Part shown: piece by piece, positions 43,301 through 52,870 of the stretch | How positions within the stretch are numbered: the stretch's first letter is position 1 | Layout of the letters: each line of letters begins with the position of its first letter | Source: Malacoraja senta | Lineage: Eukaryota | Assembly (NCBI GenBank): GCA_038087875.1 | Contig: CM075982.1 | Coordinates: 70,122,001 to 70,186,000, forward strand | Direction: 5' to 3' | DNA: 64,000 bases | Program-made: the position numbers and the translations under genes | The notes under the pieces: model-generated | Database searches by the model: none | Told to the model about the DNA's origin: nothing | What the model saw: only the letters and a program-made list of their open reading frames with translations

Positions 43301-46300
43301 GCAGCTCAGGCAGCACCTGTGTAAAGAAAAACATTACATTTCAGATTAAAGACCCTTCATCAGAACTGATGAGGTGCGATAGTATTTGTTGCCATTTTTT
43401 GTTTTTATTTCAGATTTTCAGTATCTGCAGTCCTTTTGATTTTTGTTCAGTTACTACAGCAATCAGTTGCAGTGTCTCTGAAGTTCAGAGATGAAAGAAC
43501 CTAGAATTCCCACTGGGATAGGAGAGGATTCACGAAACGATCTTCATTGACAGGACAGCGGTGGAGAGAGTCAACAGGTTCAAGTTCCTGAGCGCACAGA
43601 ACTCTGAAGATATGTCCTAGGCCCAGCACATTGATACAGTCTAAGAAAGCTTACCAATGCCTCTACTTCCTCAGATGATTAAGGAGATTCAGCATGTTGC
43701 AAAAAACTCCTACAGGTATACAGTAGAGAAAATGCTACATCACAGCCTCATTTGGCTTCTCGAAAACACAAGAACGAATGATGCCACAGAAAATAGTGGA
43801 CATTTCCGGTCCATTACGGCTATTGACCTCCTCACTGTCAAAGGGATCTGCAGGAAATGCTGCCTCGGAAAGTCAGTCAATATCAAAGATCCACACCACC
43901 TTGGCCAGACTCTCATCTCACTGCTACCATCAGAAAACAAAAAGCTTTTCACTGTACCTCGGTAAACGTGACAATAAACTACATTGAGAAAGGTGGTGCA
44001 GGAGCCCGAGAACCGTGACCTCCAGGTTCAAGAACAACTTTCTATAACTAACATCCTAATCTCAGAGGCGGAGTTTTCAACAACGGGAGCAGCGAGAATA
44101 TGGAGCAAGCTGGCACAGGAAGTGGTAGAGGCCTGTACAATTATAATGTTTTAAAAATCAGTTGGACAGATTCAGGGATCAAAAACATAGAAAATGGGTG
44201 CAGGAATAGGCCATTCGGCCCTTCGAGCAAGTACCGCCATTCAATATGATAATGGCTGATCATCCAAAATCAGTACTCCGGATAGGAGGGTTTAAGAGGG
44301 ATGTAGACCAAATGCAGCTCAGAAAGACAACTTGGTCAGCATGGACAAGTTGGGCCAAAGAGGTTATTTCTGTGCTATGTGACTATTATTCTACATCTTG
44401 GATGTTATAGCTTCAATCAATATTTCATGTTACAAAACCATTACCCAGCAGTAATTTAATACCAGTTTCCCAGACTCTCCAACTGCTCCAACAGAATATG
44501 GCAGGAAAATCATTTGATGGAATCATTTGGTGTTCTCAATCTTCACAAATGAAGCTGTGTTGACTGCAAAGATGCAAAATAGCAGCTTACATTCACTATT
44601 ACAAGACGGCTACCTTGTGCAAAAACAAACCCAAAGAAAGACTTCACAAAATGAAACATCATTTCATGTGTATAAAATCATGAGGAATAGATTGGGCAGA
44701 TGCACAAAGTCTCTTGCCCCGAGAAGATGAATCGAGGACCAGAGGACATAGGTTTAAGGTGAAGGGAAAATATTTAATAGTAATCTGACGGGTAACTTTT
44801 TCACACAAAGGGTGGTGGGTGTATGGAACAAGCTGCCAGAGGAGGTAGTTGAGACAGGGACAATCTCAACATTTAAGAAACAGTTAGACAGGTACATGGA
44901 TAGGGCAGGTTTGGAGGGATATGGACCAAAAGTGGATAAACCTCACGTGGATAAATGAGAAGTTATTCACTTTGGTGGCAAGAACAAGGCAGATTGTTAT
45001 CTGAATGGTGGGTAAGAAAGAACTGCAGATGCTGTTTTAAATCGAAGGTAGACACAAAATGCTGGAGTAACTCAACGGGACAGGCAGCATCTCTGGAGAG
45101 AAGGAATGGGTGACGTTTCAGGTCGAGACTCTTCAGACTGATATGAATGGTGTCAGATTAGGAAAAGGGGAGGTGCAACGAGACCTGGGCGTCCTTGTAC
45201 ATCAGTCACTGAAAGTAAGCATGCAGGTACAGCAGGCAGTGCAGAAAGTAAATGGCATGTTGGCCTTCATAGCGAGAGGATTTGAGTATAGGAGCAAGGA
45301 GGTCCTACTGCAGTTGTACTGGGCCCTGGCGATATCACACCTGGAGTATTGTGTGCCGTTTTGGTCTCCTAATTTGAGAAAGGACTTTCTTGCCATTGAG
45401 GGAGTGCAGTGGAGGTTCACCAGGTTAATTCCCGGGATGAACGAGAGAAGGCAGGGTTATTGATTGGGGACGATCAGTCATGATCACAATGAATGGCGGT
45501 GCTGGCTCGAAGGGCCGAATGGCCCCCTCCTGCACCTATTTTCTATGTTTCTATGCCAGGATTGACATATGATGAAAGAATGGATTGACTGGGCTTATAA
45601 TCACTGGAACTCAGAAGGATGAGAGGGTATCTTATAGAAACATAAATTAAGGGATTGGACAGGCTAGATGCAGGAAAAATGTTCCCCTTGTTGGGGGATT
45701 CCAGAACCAGGGGTCACAGTTTAAGAATAAGGGGTAGGCCATTTAGGACTGAGATGAGGCAAAACGTTTTCACCCAGAGAGTTGTGAATCTGTGGAATTC
45801 TGTGCCACAGAAGGCAGTTGAGACCGATTCACTGGATGTTTCCAAGAGAGAGTTAGATTTAGTTCTTACGGCTAACGGTATCAAGGGATATGGGGAGAAA
45901 ATGGGAACAGGGTATTGATTTTGGATGATCAGCCATGATCATATTGAATGGCAGTGCTAACTCTTAGGGCTGAATGGCCTACTCCTGCACCTATTTTCTA
46001 TGTTTCTGCACACAGGCCGGTGGGACGAGTGTAGCTGGGATATGTTGGCCGGTGTGTGCAAGTTGGGCCGAAGGCATGTTTCCACTGTATCACTCTATGA
46101 CTATCCGTGATCGTACTCTGTCCTACAGGCAATGAAAAGCTGAGCAGGCCAATATCTAGTGTTTACAATGCTAATTATGCTTCTAAACTCAATATACAAT
46201 ACAATTTACAATTTATACAGTACAAACACGCATTAGCTGGATACTGGTCAGTATTCAACAGGCAAAGAAAGGAATAATATCTTGAGGAAAAAAACCTAAT

Positions 46301-49300
46301 GATAAAAGTTATCCCTCTGTTCTCACTATTCAAGATTTTAAACTTTCAGCAAGATAAATGATTTTGCTTGTCGAATGGTACTTCATAGCAGCTCATTGTT
46401 CCAAAGTGTTTGATAAAATATGTTATTCATATTCTAAAATACCTTCAGTGTATTACTCACAAGCTATGTATATTACTTGTTGCAATACTTACATCTACTC
46501 CACCAAAAAGATCGAAAACGTGCGTGTTGGGGAATTTGGATTCTTGGGCACCTTTCCCATCCTCTGTCACAAATGCCATTGCTTCCATCGAGAGGAGTGG
46601 AGCAATTTCCTACACACACAAGGGCAAAGAATGAAACATTAAACCCCAGCCAACCAAACCTAAGCAGCCAAATCTATTCATTCTAGCCCACCCTGATGAA
46701 ACGTTTCTTCTTGGGCTGGGTGTGGAACTACAATGTACACAATTCTAGACCAAGACAGATTATTGACCAAAATGTGTCCTCCTTTCAGAACTTAACTTAC
46801 TTATATTATCCATCATCTTCAATTTGTTTCAAGAGTTTCAAAATCATTATTTTCTGTATTCCTAACATTCCCATATTGTAAAATTGCCAAACAACAGTAC
46901 TCAGGCATGAGGGGGAAAAATGAAAAAAGAGGAATAGAGATGTGTGTCCAGAATTTTTTTGATAATCGTACCTTGAAATGACAGTTTTCTTGCCAATTTA
47001 CCCTTCATTTATACTGTCATTTATTTTATTGTACCTTAAAATAACTCATTTTACTTGCTTGTTACTTCTTAATTTACACAGAACATTTGTGATAATCATT
47101 CCTTAAAATGACACCCTCCTTGCTTGTTTACACTTAAGTCATATCGAAAATATTTTATATTACACCTATACCTACTTGTAACATGATACCTGTTCCTTGC
47201 TTGTTTACCTTAATTAGAGAGAAGTATCCTTTACCAATATATTTAAACGCTAAATGAATTTCAAATCTAACTCTTAACAGTTAGGATGAAAATGAAGATC
47301 CAACTACTTCAAAGATGATCATATTGTGCTACATACGTACTCAATCAAATTAAGTACAGTGGACAAAATATTAAAATCTCAACCTGGAATTTAAGACATT
47401 ATTTGAAAATAAGTTCCCAAAATTTAAAATTAAAGATGCCATTTTTAAAAATCTATTGTCAAATTATTTAGAAAAAGAAAAATAAGCGAATAATGTTTTA
47501 TCTTCTTTGGATTGCTGGACATTTTCTGATCGCCAGAATTTGTAAAGTCAGTGACTATTAAGGAATACTATTTGCTAACTCATTGGCGAGTCCAAGCTGG
47601 AAATGTAACGATACATTGTATTGCGCGGCCAGAGGGCATCCCGACGGGCCGCGGCCGTGGACTGGGAACGCGGCCAGAGGCCTTTATCGAAGGCGCCGTG
47701 GTCTCGATGCCTGCCGGATCGCCGCGTAGAACCCCGAAAGTGTGTTGCACCATAACTTACCTTTAAGATTCCTTGGCACAGCAAGAGATCATCATTGTTG
47801 GGTTGGCTGTTTTCATATAATTTCTGCACCAGATGAGGGATGCCATTCCATTTTGCAATCTTATCCCTCTCTCGGAGCAAGGAATCTGGAATCTGCAAAC
47901 AGAAGAAATCAGCTGTATATCGGAGGAGCTCCTAATAGCCTATTACGTGCTCCAACCTAAGGCTGTGATGAGGAAATTCAGACATGGAAAATGGATATTG
48001 TTGGAGTCCTACAGCGTAAAAATAGGTTATTTCGGCCACATTTATTTCAGCCATCAACCATCCAACCATCAACTGATTCCATTTACCTGCAAGTTATGTT
48101 GCCTAATAGGCATTGACTATTCAATGTTGGGAGAGAAACTGCTTCCACCACCTTCTCAGGCAGTGTCACATCACTAACCATGTCACATACATTCACATCC
48201 AAATCATTAATACAAATAGCAAAGGGTGGACACAGCAAAGGTCCGTGAGAACCACTTGTTACACGCTCCAGTCTGATCAGGCCCGCAGGAATTTACCTAC
48301 CTTAATGTGCTTGAAGGCCTCCAGCACCTCCTTTTCAGCAAATGAGGATTCTGCAAACATTATTATTAAGCACCAATCTGACAATCACTCCATACTAGGT
48401 TATGTTATTTTTTTGTAAAAAGCACAGGCACAGACCAGATAAATTTATAGTGCACTGAGAAAAAGTGGAGAAAGATCATCAATGCGTCATTTGGGTTTGG
48501 GGACAAATTCAAGGGACATGGATAGTTACTGATGAGCTGACTCAACTTTAATCTTCCACCACATCAATTCTGGCTGAACATTAGTGAAGCACAGATGTTT
48601 AAAAAAAAAAAATCCTGGCCATCATTACCGACAACTAGTCGACATTTTGAATTTCCAGCTTGTATTGCCATGGATTATTACTCCAGTACTTTAAACAATG
48701 CACTGCCACTATGTAATGCAGTTTAAAGATGGGTTCCGACCACATACGTCACCTATTCCTTTTCTCCAGAGATGCTGCCCAACCCGTTGAGTTACTCCAG
48801 CATTTTGTGTCTATCTGCACTGCCTCCAAATCCTGATAAATATTTCAGCATTCAATTTTAGTTAAGACTAGACCAAGTGGGGACCCTCAACGCAATATTC
48901 CACCACTCACCCATAGCCCCCAATTGCGCAGGTGCGGCTGACGGGTTCCCGTTGCGACGCCAGAGATTCCCGTTGTGCCGCGAGTCACGGCAACCCTCCC
49001 CCAACTGCACAGGGACGGCCGGCAAGTGGGAGCGCAGCTACGACATTTTAAAAGTTTAAAATGGCAATAACGTAAAATATAAGATCAATGTAAACACATC
49101 TCACTCTCCCTCTTCAGTCCCCTATTCCTCTCCTCCATTATCCTCTCCCCACCCTCCACCAACCCTCCTCCTCCGCTCACCACCTCCCTCCCCTTCTCTC
49201 TCTTCCCCTTCCCCTTCTCTCTCTTCTCCCTCCCCTCCTTCATTACCTCGCTTACTCCCTCTCCTTCCTCGCTCTTCTTTACCCTCCTCCCCTCCACCAC

Positions 49301-52184
49301 TACTCCCTCTCCTTTCCCCTACCCTGTGATACCATAACCTCTCTCCTCTCCCCCTCCTATCCCCACCCCCCCACTCTCCCTCCTTACCTTCCCCACTACC
49401 CTCCATCCCCACTACCCTCCATCCCCACTCCCGCCCTCCTCTCCCTCCCCTTCTCCCCTACTCTCCCTCCCCCACTTTCCCCTCCCTCTCTCCCTACCTC
49501 CTCTCCCTCAATCCACCCACTCTCTCTCCTCACCTCCCCAGGATCACGATGTAAACCATCGCCAGCCACGTTTTCTCCACAACGTCGGCGATGAAGTTGT
49601 ACTTGAGGCAGGGGCTGTCGGGGGGGGGGGGGGGATGCGTGCCGAGGGGCCTGGAGCCAGGGGAGGGAGAGGCCGAGGCCTGGTCCATGCCCTGGGTCCC
49701 GCTCCTCTCCCTCCCCGCGGGCCCGGAGCAGAAGCGCCGCCGCCCCCAGACCTAGCCGTAGTCTCAGCGCCGCGGTCATTTCAAAACCTGTACTTGAGGC
49801 GGGGGCTGTTGGTTAGTTTTAAAAAACCTAAACACAATGTTAGCTACTAATGAAAATGGAAGAATTTGATTAAAACTGAGGGTTTTTTTTTAGAAGCGTT
49901 TAAAAAAAATGTAAATGAGATTCGGGATACCATTGTGACGTCAAACGCGGCTGACGGGCAGGGCAAGTGGAAAATTGTTTTTGTAAAGTAAAAAATGTCA
50001 ATTACTTGCAAAATATACCATCAATCTGAACAAAACTTGGCCAATGTACACCCCATGACAATGGTGAGTAAAGTGGGGCAAAAATTGTAGCACTATCCTG
50101 TACCGTTTTGGCGGAGTTTCTAGGACTCACTCATACGCAAACAAACAAACAAGATGAGAGTTTTAGTAATATAATAATGTAGAAGATAATACTACTGGGT
50201 ACGAAGCTAATAAGATATGTGCAGTCTGCTGCCCGACCCACTGAGTTACTCCAGCATTTTGTGTCTATCTGTACTGCCTCCAAATCCTGGTAAATGTTTC
50301 AGCATTAGTTTTTAGTTAAGATAATACTACTGGGTACGAGGCTAATATATGTGCAGACTGTAAATTCTGCAAATGTTACACTCTCGGTCACACAAATAGA
50401 GATGGGAATCTATTGTATGTCTTAATCACGAAGATCCAAGATACCACTAGGGGGCACCGACGATGGCAGGCTAGCCAACAGTCTGTCTTTTCTTTTTGTT
50501 GTTGTTATTTTTAGTGTGTTTTAAAAGTATGCGTTAATGTTCTGTGGTTTGTTTTATGTGAGGGGTGGGGGGTGGGGGAGGAGGTCAGGGGAAACTTTTT
50601 TATTTTCAATCTCTTACCTTGCCGTAGATGCGATTGTTTTCTGGATCGTATCTCCGGTCGCTCTGCGACCTAACATCATGGAGCTGGTGCCTTGCTCAGG
50701 AATGACTTTGAGCCCCACTGCGGGGACGTGGACTTACCATCGGAGCCGATCCTTTGCCTGGGATCAACACTCCAACCGCGGCCTGCAGATTTCACCATCA
50801 AGGAGCTCGCAGTCTCGGGTGGAGACCGATGTCGGGAAGCTCCAAACGACGCAGAAGGTTTCGACCAGCCCCAACCCGGGGTCAGATCGCCCGGCGCGGG
50901 GGAGCTGACATTCCTCCCCCCCCCCCCCACCCCCGGATGCAGGAGCTCGATCGCCTCGACGCGGAGGGCTTGACCGCCGGCCACGGAAGCCAACGGAAGG
51001 CTCGAGGCCCCTGACCGCACGGGAGAACAAAGAAGGGAAGAGATTGAACTTTTTTTCCACTTTCCATCAGTGAGGAATGTGGAGGAGTACTGTGGTGGAT
51101 GTTCATGTTAAAATGTATTATGTGTGTTCTGTTGCTTTTTATTGGTATGACTATGGCAAATGAAATTCCTTGTATGTTGCAAAACATACTTGGCTAATAA
51201 AGTATGATTATGATTAATATGAAATGTTCTGCTAATTGGGAGGTGGCAGAAATAGGGTACGCAGAAAGATAATCACAACCGTGTTGAATGGAGCAGGCCT
51301 AGTTTTAAACTGCTTTTACCCAATTCATTTTCCTGTGCTTCTATCACCAAGGCTGGGGATGTATTTCTCAAAGTTCTTGGGTTTGCATAATCCTATAGAA
51401 CCTACTTGACAATGCAAAACCTCATGCTTTACCTATTATGATGAGACAAATAAGATGGGTCGATTGGCAGAAAAGAAAAAAATGTTTCAACAAAATTAGT
51501 AATAGTGCAGTCAAAATGTAGTAACATGGGTGATCATGGAACTGCAAATGCTGTTTGGACAGAAACAATGACAGCAAGTTGACAGCTTATTGTTCCAGTA
51601 GAGATCAAAGTCCCCATTTTTACGCTTAAATTTGCTCCTGGTGATATGCATCTAGCCTGAATTTACTTTGTAAATACAATCGATTTTATTTTTTATTTTA
51701 CGCCAAACATTTCGACTATAATTCAAAATTAACCTTCCGTTATCCAAGATTTATTTGCACGAATGATACGCCCACGAATGAAGCTAATACTATTAGTCAT
51801 TCGCCTCAAAATATCCATCCCCTGCCGCCGCCGTAACACTTGGTGCCAAGTTGTTACCCTGCACCCCGTTGAGGTGGACAATCACCCCCGAAATAATGCG
51901 CAGCCAACACTTGCCTTCCACCGAAACCTGACCAACAGCGGCAACATCCACCCCCTCCCGCATCCAAATCACAATCATCGCTTTGGCCGCTGCAAAATCG
52001 AGTACCCGGCTTTACAGGGCCCTTCCGACAAGTTAAGTTATCTCATCCCCTGGCCTACCTGCGAGACTCTGGTGGGCCCATGCCCCGTGTAGCGACCCTG
52101 TTGAAGGCGAGGGACGATATTGTGGTGGCGAACACAACGAGATACGGCGCTAGAGAGCTCCGGAGGCCCAGCCGCCGCCGCCAT
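4259..52184 (-). CDS. TRPC4AP: TRPC4-associated protein (TRUSS; DDB1-CUL4 substrate receptor), complete 19-exon CDS span, 2331 nt, 776 aa plus stop
   Basis: Nineteen exons translated by hand. They join in frame across GT-AG introns and match recalled human TRPC4AP peptides (e.g. LQELEEWYTWLDNALVLDAL, FWQARAVESFLRG, ENVSCLNTSLVILMLARRK). Confidence 0.97.
5754..5960 (-). CDS. TRPC4AP: TRPC4AP exon 18
   Basis: ENVSCLNTSLVILMLARRKGKLPFYLNALRGKELSEKYPGFLLNNFHRLLRFWQEHYLNKDKDSTCLEN; ctcag/gtaag. Confidence 0.96.
7172..9727 (+). mobile_element. Degenerate Tc1/mariner (DD34E) transposon, left end truncated, interrupted by a nested element
   Basis: Frameshifted transposase fragments (VKHGGGGVMAW, LQQDN, WPSQSPDLNPIE); the right TIR ends GGGCACTG|TA. 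Confidence 0.92.
8570..9510. mobile_element. Non-autonomous DNA transposon (hAT-like) nested in the Tc1 right TIR
   Basis: Perfect 14-bp TIR CAGAGCTGCCAAGT/ACTTGGCAGCTCTG; 6-bp TSD TATGGT at 8564-8569 and 9511-9516. Confidence 0.85.
11316..11428 (-). CDS. TRPC4AP: TRPC4AP exon 17
   Basis: (V)AEVISQCCLLSYMSHVENRLSFLFRLINIIQVQTLTQ; gttcag/gtaaa. Confidence 0.94.
12666..13260. mobile_element. GC-rich PIF/Harbinger-type MITE
   Basis: Imperfect TIRs of about 40 bp (AGGCTCTGTCTTACCTGTTTGCGGTCATCGGCGGTGAAACG versus reverse-complemented AGGCCTGTCTCACGAGTCTGCGGTCATTGGCGGCGAAACG); 3-bp TTA TSD on both sides. Confidence 0.8.
14030..14141 (-). CDS. TRPC4AP: TRPC4AP exon 16
   Basis: FQIFLNQINNSLVDSNMLVRCIVLSLDRFESQTDVVK; gtttag/gtatg. 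Confidence 0.94.
15621..15761 (-). CDS. TRPC4AP: TRPC4AP exon 15
   Basis: HILFCIIDSECKSRDVLQSYFDLLGELMKFNIDAFRRFNKYVNTEEK; ttgcag/gtgag. Confidence 0.96.
17578..17668 (-). CDS. TRPC4AP: TRPC4AP exon 14
   Basis: FWQARAVESFLRGVTSYADQMFLLKRGLLE; ttgtag/gtgag. Confidence 0.96.
18078..18161 (-). CDS. TRPC4AP: TRPC4AP exon 13
   Basis: SLICDGKKGLLSRLLQVMKKEPVESSF(R); ttccag/gtgag. Confidence 0.95.
19000..19101 (-). CDS. TRPC4AP: TRPC4AP exon 12
   Basis: NKYLLLNSQELNELSVISLRANIPEVEAVVNTD(R); ttcag/gtacac. Confidence 0.94.
20319..23866 (+). mobile_element. Composite non-autonomous DNA transposon (hAT-like), copy 1
   Basis: CAGGGC...GCCTG termini; near-TSD TATCTC/TACCTC; subterminal ccgggcaacc motifs; internal Penelope and SINE cargo. 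Confidence 0.75.
21737..22600 (+). mobile_element. Non-autonomous retroelement with (ATTGT)n tail
   Basis: AATAAA followed by an (attgt)n tail; duplicated TTGAGT at the flanks; absent from copy 2 of the composite; same family as 63561-64000. Confidence 0.7.
23929..23987 (-). CDS. TRPC4AP: TRPC4AP exon 11
   Basis: EISLKIQFLRLLQSFSDHH(E); ccacag/gtgag. Confidence 0.94.
24880..28017 (+). mobile_element. CR1-clade LINE, near full-length ORF2 (APE and RT), frameshifted
   Basis: APE motifs (MNARSI, VGITETWL); RT motifs (QHGFMKGKSCLTNL, YLDFQKAF, GVPQGSVLGP, ADDTKL); CR1 C-terminus (LVRPHLEYCVQFWSP); (TTCTATGT)n tail. Confidence 0.95.
28249..30309 (+). mobile_element. 5'-truncated non-CR1 LINE (RT ORF 28548-29855) inserted into an antisense CR1
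   Basis: RT motifs NYRPIAL, QFGFK, CFIDASKAFDRV, LSPVLFNLYIDDL, YADDL, KYLG; AATAAA and (ATT)n tail. CR1 sequence resumes on both sides. Confidence 0.9.
32243..32371 (-). CDS. TRPC4AP: TRPC4AP exon 10
   Basis: VHKMLAEFCLIPGLNNLFDKLIWRKHSTNHVLHGQNQICDCSP; tttcag/gtaag. Confidence 0.95.
33040..33182 (-). CDS. TRPC4AP: TRPC4AP exon 9
   Basis: SADESVLAASQLRSRLPQSMKIMHEIMYKVEVLYVLCVLLMGRQRNQ; attcag/gtaag. Confidence 0.92.
35295..35486 (-). CDS. TRPC4AP: TRPC4AP exon 8
   Basis: TLLNIPGFIERLCKLATRKVSETAGTSNFLQELEEWYTWLDNALVLDALIHMATEETDQSSST; tttag/gtgcgc. Confidence 0.93.
35874..36075 (-). CDS. TRPC4AP: TRPC4AP exon 7
   Basis: EMIQLEDIPNLTNLVASFDQQQLANFCRILSVTISELDTGNDDKHTLLAKNAQQKKAAGPSRAEINQ; within ORF 35815..36156. 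Confidence 0.95.
36541..36939 (+). mobile_element. CR1 LINE 3' fragment
   Basis: RGDLIETYKI...RTRGHS segment, CR1 3' UTR and (TTCTATGT)n tail. Confidence 0.9.
38271..38399 (-). CDS. TRPC4AP: TRPC4AP exon 6
   Basis: TDGVTKRLSERNDFVLFLFTLMTNKKTFLQTATLIEDILGVKK; ttttag/gtctgt. Confidence 0.95.
39342..39397 (-). CDS. TRPC4AP: TRPC4AP exon 5
   Basis: (M)SEDLIKDCLSILYNTCIC; ttgcag/gtaag. Confidence 0.94.
39926..40644 (+). mobile_element. Putative solo LTR
   Basis: TG...CA ends, TATAAAA at 40365, AATAAA at 40541, no ORF. No TSD was found and the 5' boundary is uncertain. Confidence 0.45.
41167..41224 (-). CDS. TRPC4AP: TRPC4AP exon 4
   Basis: LLVEILMRPTLAPQKKKQK plus 1 nt; ttacag/gtaagt. Confidence 0.93.
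41579..41879 (+). mobile_element. tRNA-derived SINE (HE1/V-SINE-like)
   Basis: tRNA-like head (gcagcggtagag...ggtttcgatccc), V-domain-like ggtgctgtctgtacagagtttgtacgttctcccc, CR1-like 3' tail with (ctaaa)n. Related copies at about 34910-35090, 21500-21660 and 58995-59225. Confidence 0.8.
41883..42600 (+). mobile_element. Penelope-like element fragment (degenerate GIY-YIG region)
   Basis: RQRFTCTSSNLIYYVSCSRYGLLHNGKTQRRLGGRFAEHL. Confidence 0.75.
44935..46006 (+). mobile_element. CR1 LINE fragments with nested short insertions
   Basis: DLGVLVHQSLK, HLEYCV, RTRGHSL motifs and CR1 3' UTR. Confidence 0.85.
46493..46609 (-). CDS. TRPC4AP: TRPC4AP exon 3
   Basis: EIAPLLSMEAMAFVTEDGKGAQESKFPNTHVFDLFGGVD; AG/GTAAG boundaries. 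Confidence 0.95.
47761..47892 (-). CDS. TRPC4AP: TRPC4AP exon 2
   Basis: IPDSLLRERDKIAKWNGIPHLVQKLYENSQPNNDDLLLCQGILK; acceptor tttgcag, donor gtaag; phase 0/0. Confidence 0.92.
48868..50186 (-). mobile_element. Non-autonomous Helitron carrying a captured gene fragment
   Basis: On the minus strand it starts TC...ATTACTAAAA and ends ...CTAG, inserted between A and T with no TSD. The empty site is preserved in the adjacent duplicate (gttaaga|taatactactgg, about 50315-50333). Its ends match the Helitron at 55766-56753. Confidence 0.85.
49534..49779 (-). pseudogene. Captured HTRA2-like (HtrA serine protease) exon fragment inside the Helitron
   Basis: LGLGAAALLL...ASPPPP, then after a 1-nt shift in a 15-C run [28 protein letters not shown](R), followed by the donor GTGAG. 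Recalled human HTRA2 reads [33 protein letters not shown]. Confidence 0.8.
50447..51216 (+). mobile_element. Retroelement related to the 21737-22600 family, with AATAAA and an (ATGATT)n tail
   Basis: Similar layout (T-rich head, G-run, GC-rich body, ttccatca...gtggatgtt 3' block) and a short tandem tail. Confidence 0.55.
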
Positions 52185-52380
52185 TTCCTTCACGACAGAA
52201 AGCTGCTGCCTCAGCCCATCCGCTCTCGCCCATTGGCCTGGCGGCGGCCGCCTTGGCTCCATCCGTCATTCCCATTGGTGGACCCTCCGCGGCCAGGGTC
52301 AAGGGGCACGGGGTGCTCCCGCCATCTGTCCGCGCCTCGCCCGGTCTGTGGTCGCCGCTGCCTCGCTGCTGCTTCTACTG
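51800..52380. promoter_or_regulatory. CpG island at the TRPC4AP 5' end; candidate bidirectional promoter shared with TUBD1
   Basis: GC- and CpG-rich stretch around exon 1, with ATTGG (reverse CCAAT) at about 52232 and 52274. A divergent gene lies on the plus strand. Confidence 0.6.
52059..52184 (-). CDS. TRPC4AP: TRPC4AP exon 1, coding part
   Basis: MAAAAGPPELSSAVSRCVRHHNIVPRLQQGRYTGHGPTRVSQ resembles human ...NILLQLRQGQLTGRGLVRAVQ. ATG context is gaaATGG, donor is GTAGG, and it lies in a CpG island. Confidence 0.88.
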
Positions 52381-52432
52381 CTACACGGTGAAGCTATACA
52401 ACACCAGCAGCAACAGCAGCAATAGCAACAAT

Positions 52433-52466
<34 letters not shown>

Positions 52467-52839
52467 GAGGTGCAAGGGGCGGGTGGTCACCGCTGCCTCT
52501 GCAATACGGTGAAGCTATACAACACCAGCAGCAACAACAACAACAACAACAGAGGTGCAAGGGGCGGGTGGTCGCCGCTGCCTCGCTGCTGCTGCTGTTA
52601 CACGGTGAAGCTATACAACACCAGCAGCAATAACAACAACAACAGAGGTGCAAGGTGCGGGTGGTCACCGCTGCCTCGCTGCTGCTGCTGCAATACGGTG
52701 AAGCTATACAACACCAGCAGCAACAGCAACAACAACAACAACAGCAACAACAACAACAACAACAACAACAGAGGTGCAAGGGGAGGGTGGTCGCTGCTGC
52801 ACGGTGAAGCAATACAACACCAGCAGCAATAGCAACAAT

Positions 52840-52870
<31 letters not shown>

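Noticed and set aside
49534-49779. A functional nested HTRA2 gene
   Set aside because: Only one exon fragment is present, with substitutions in conserved residues and a frameshift. No downstream protease or PDZ exons were found, and it is bounded by Helitron ends.
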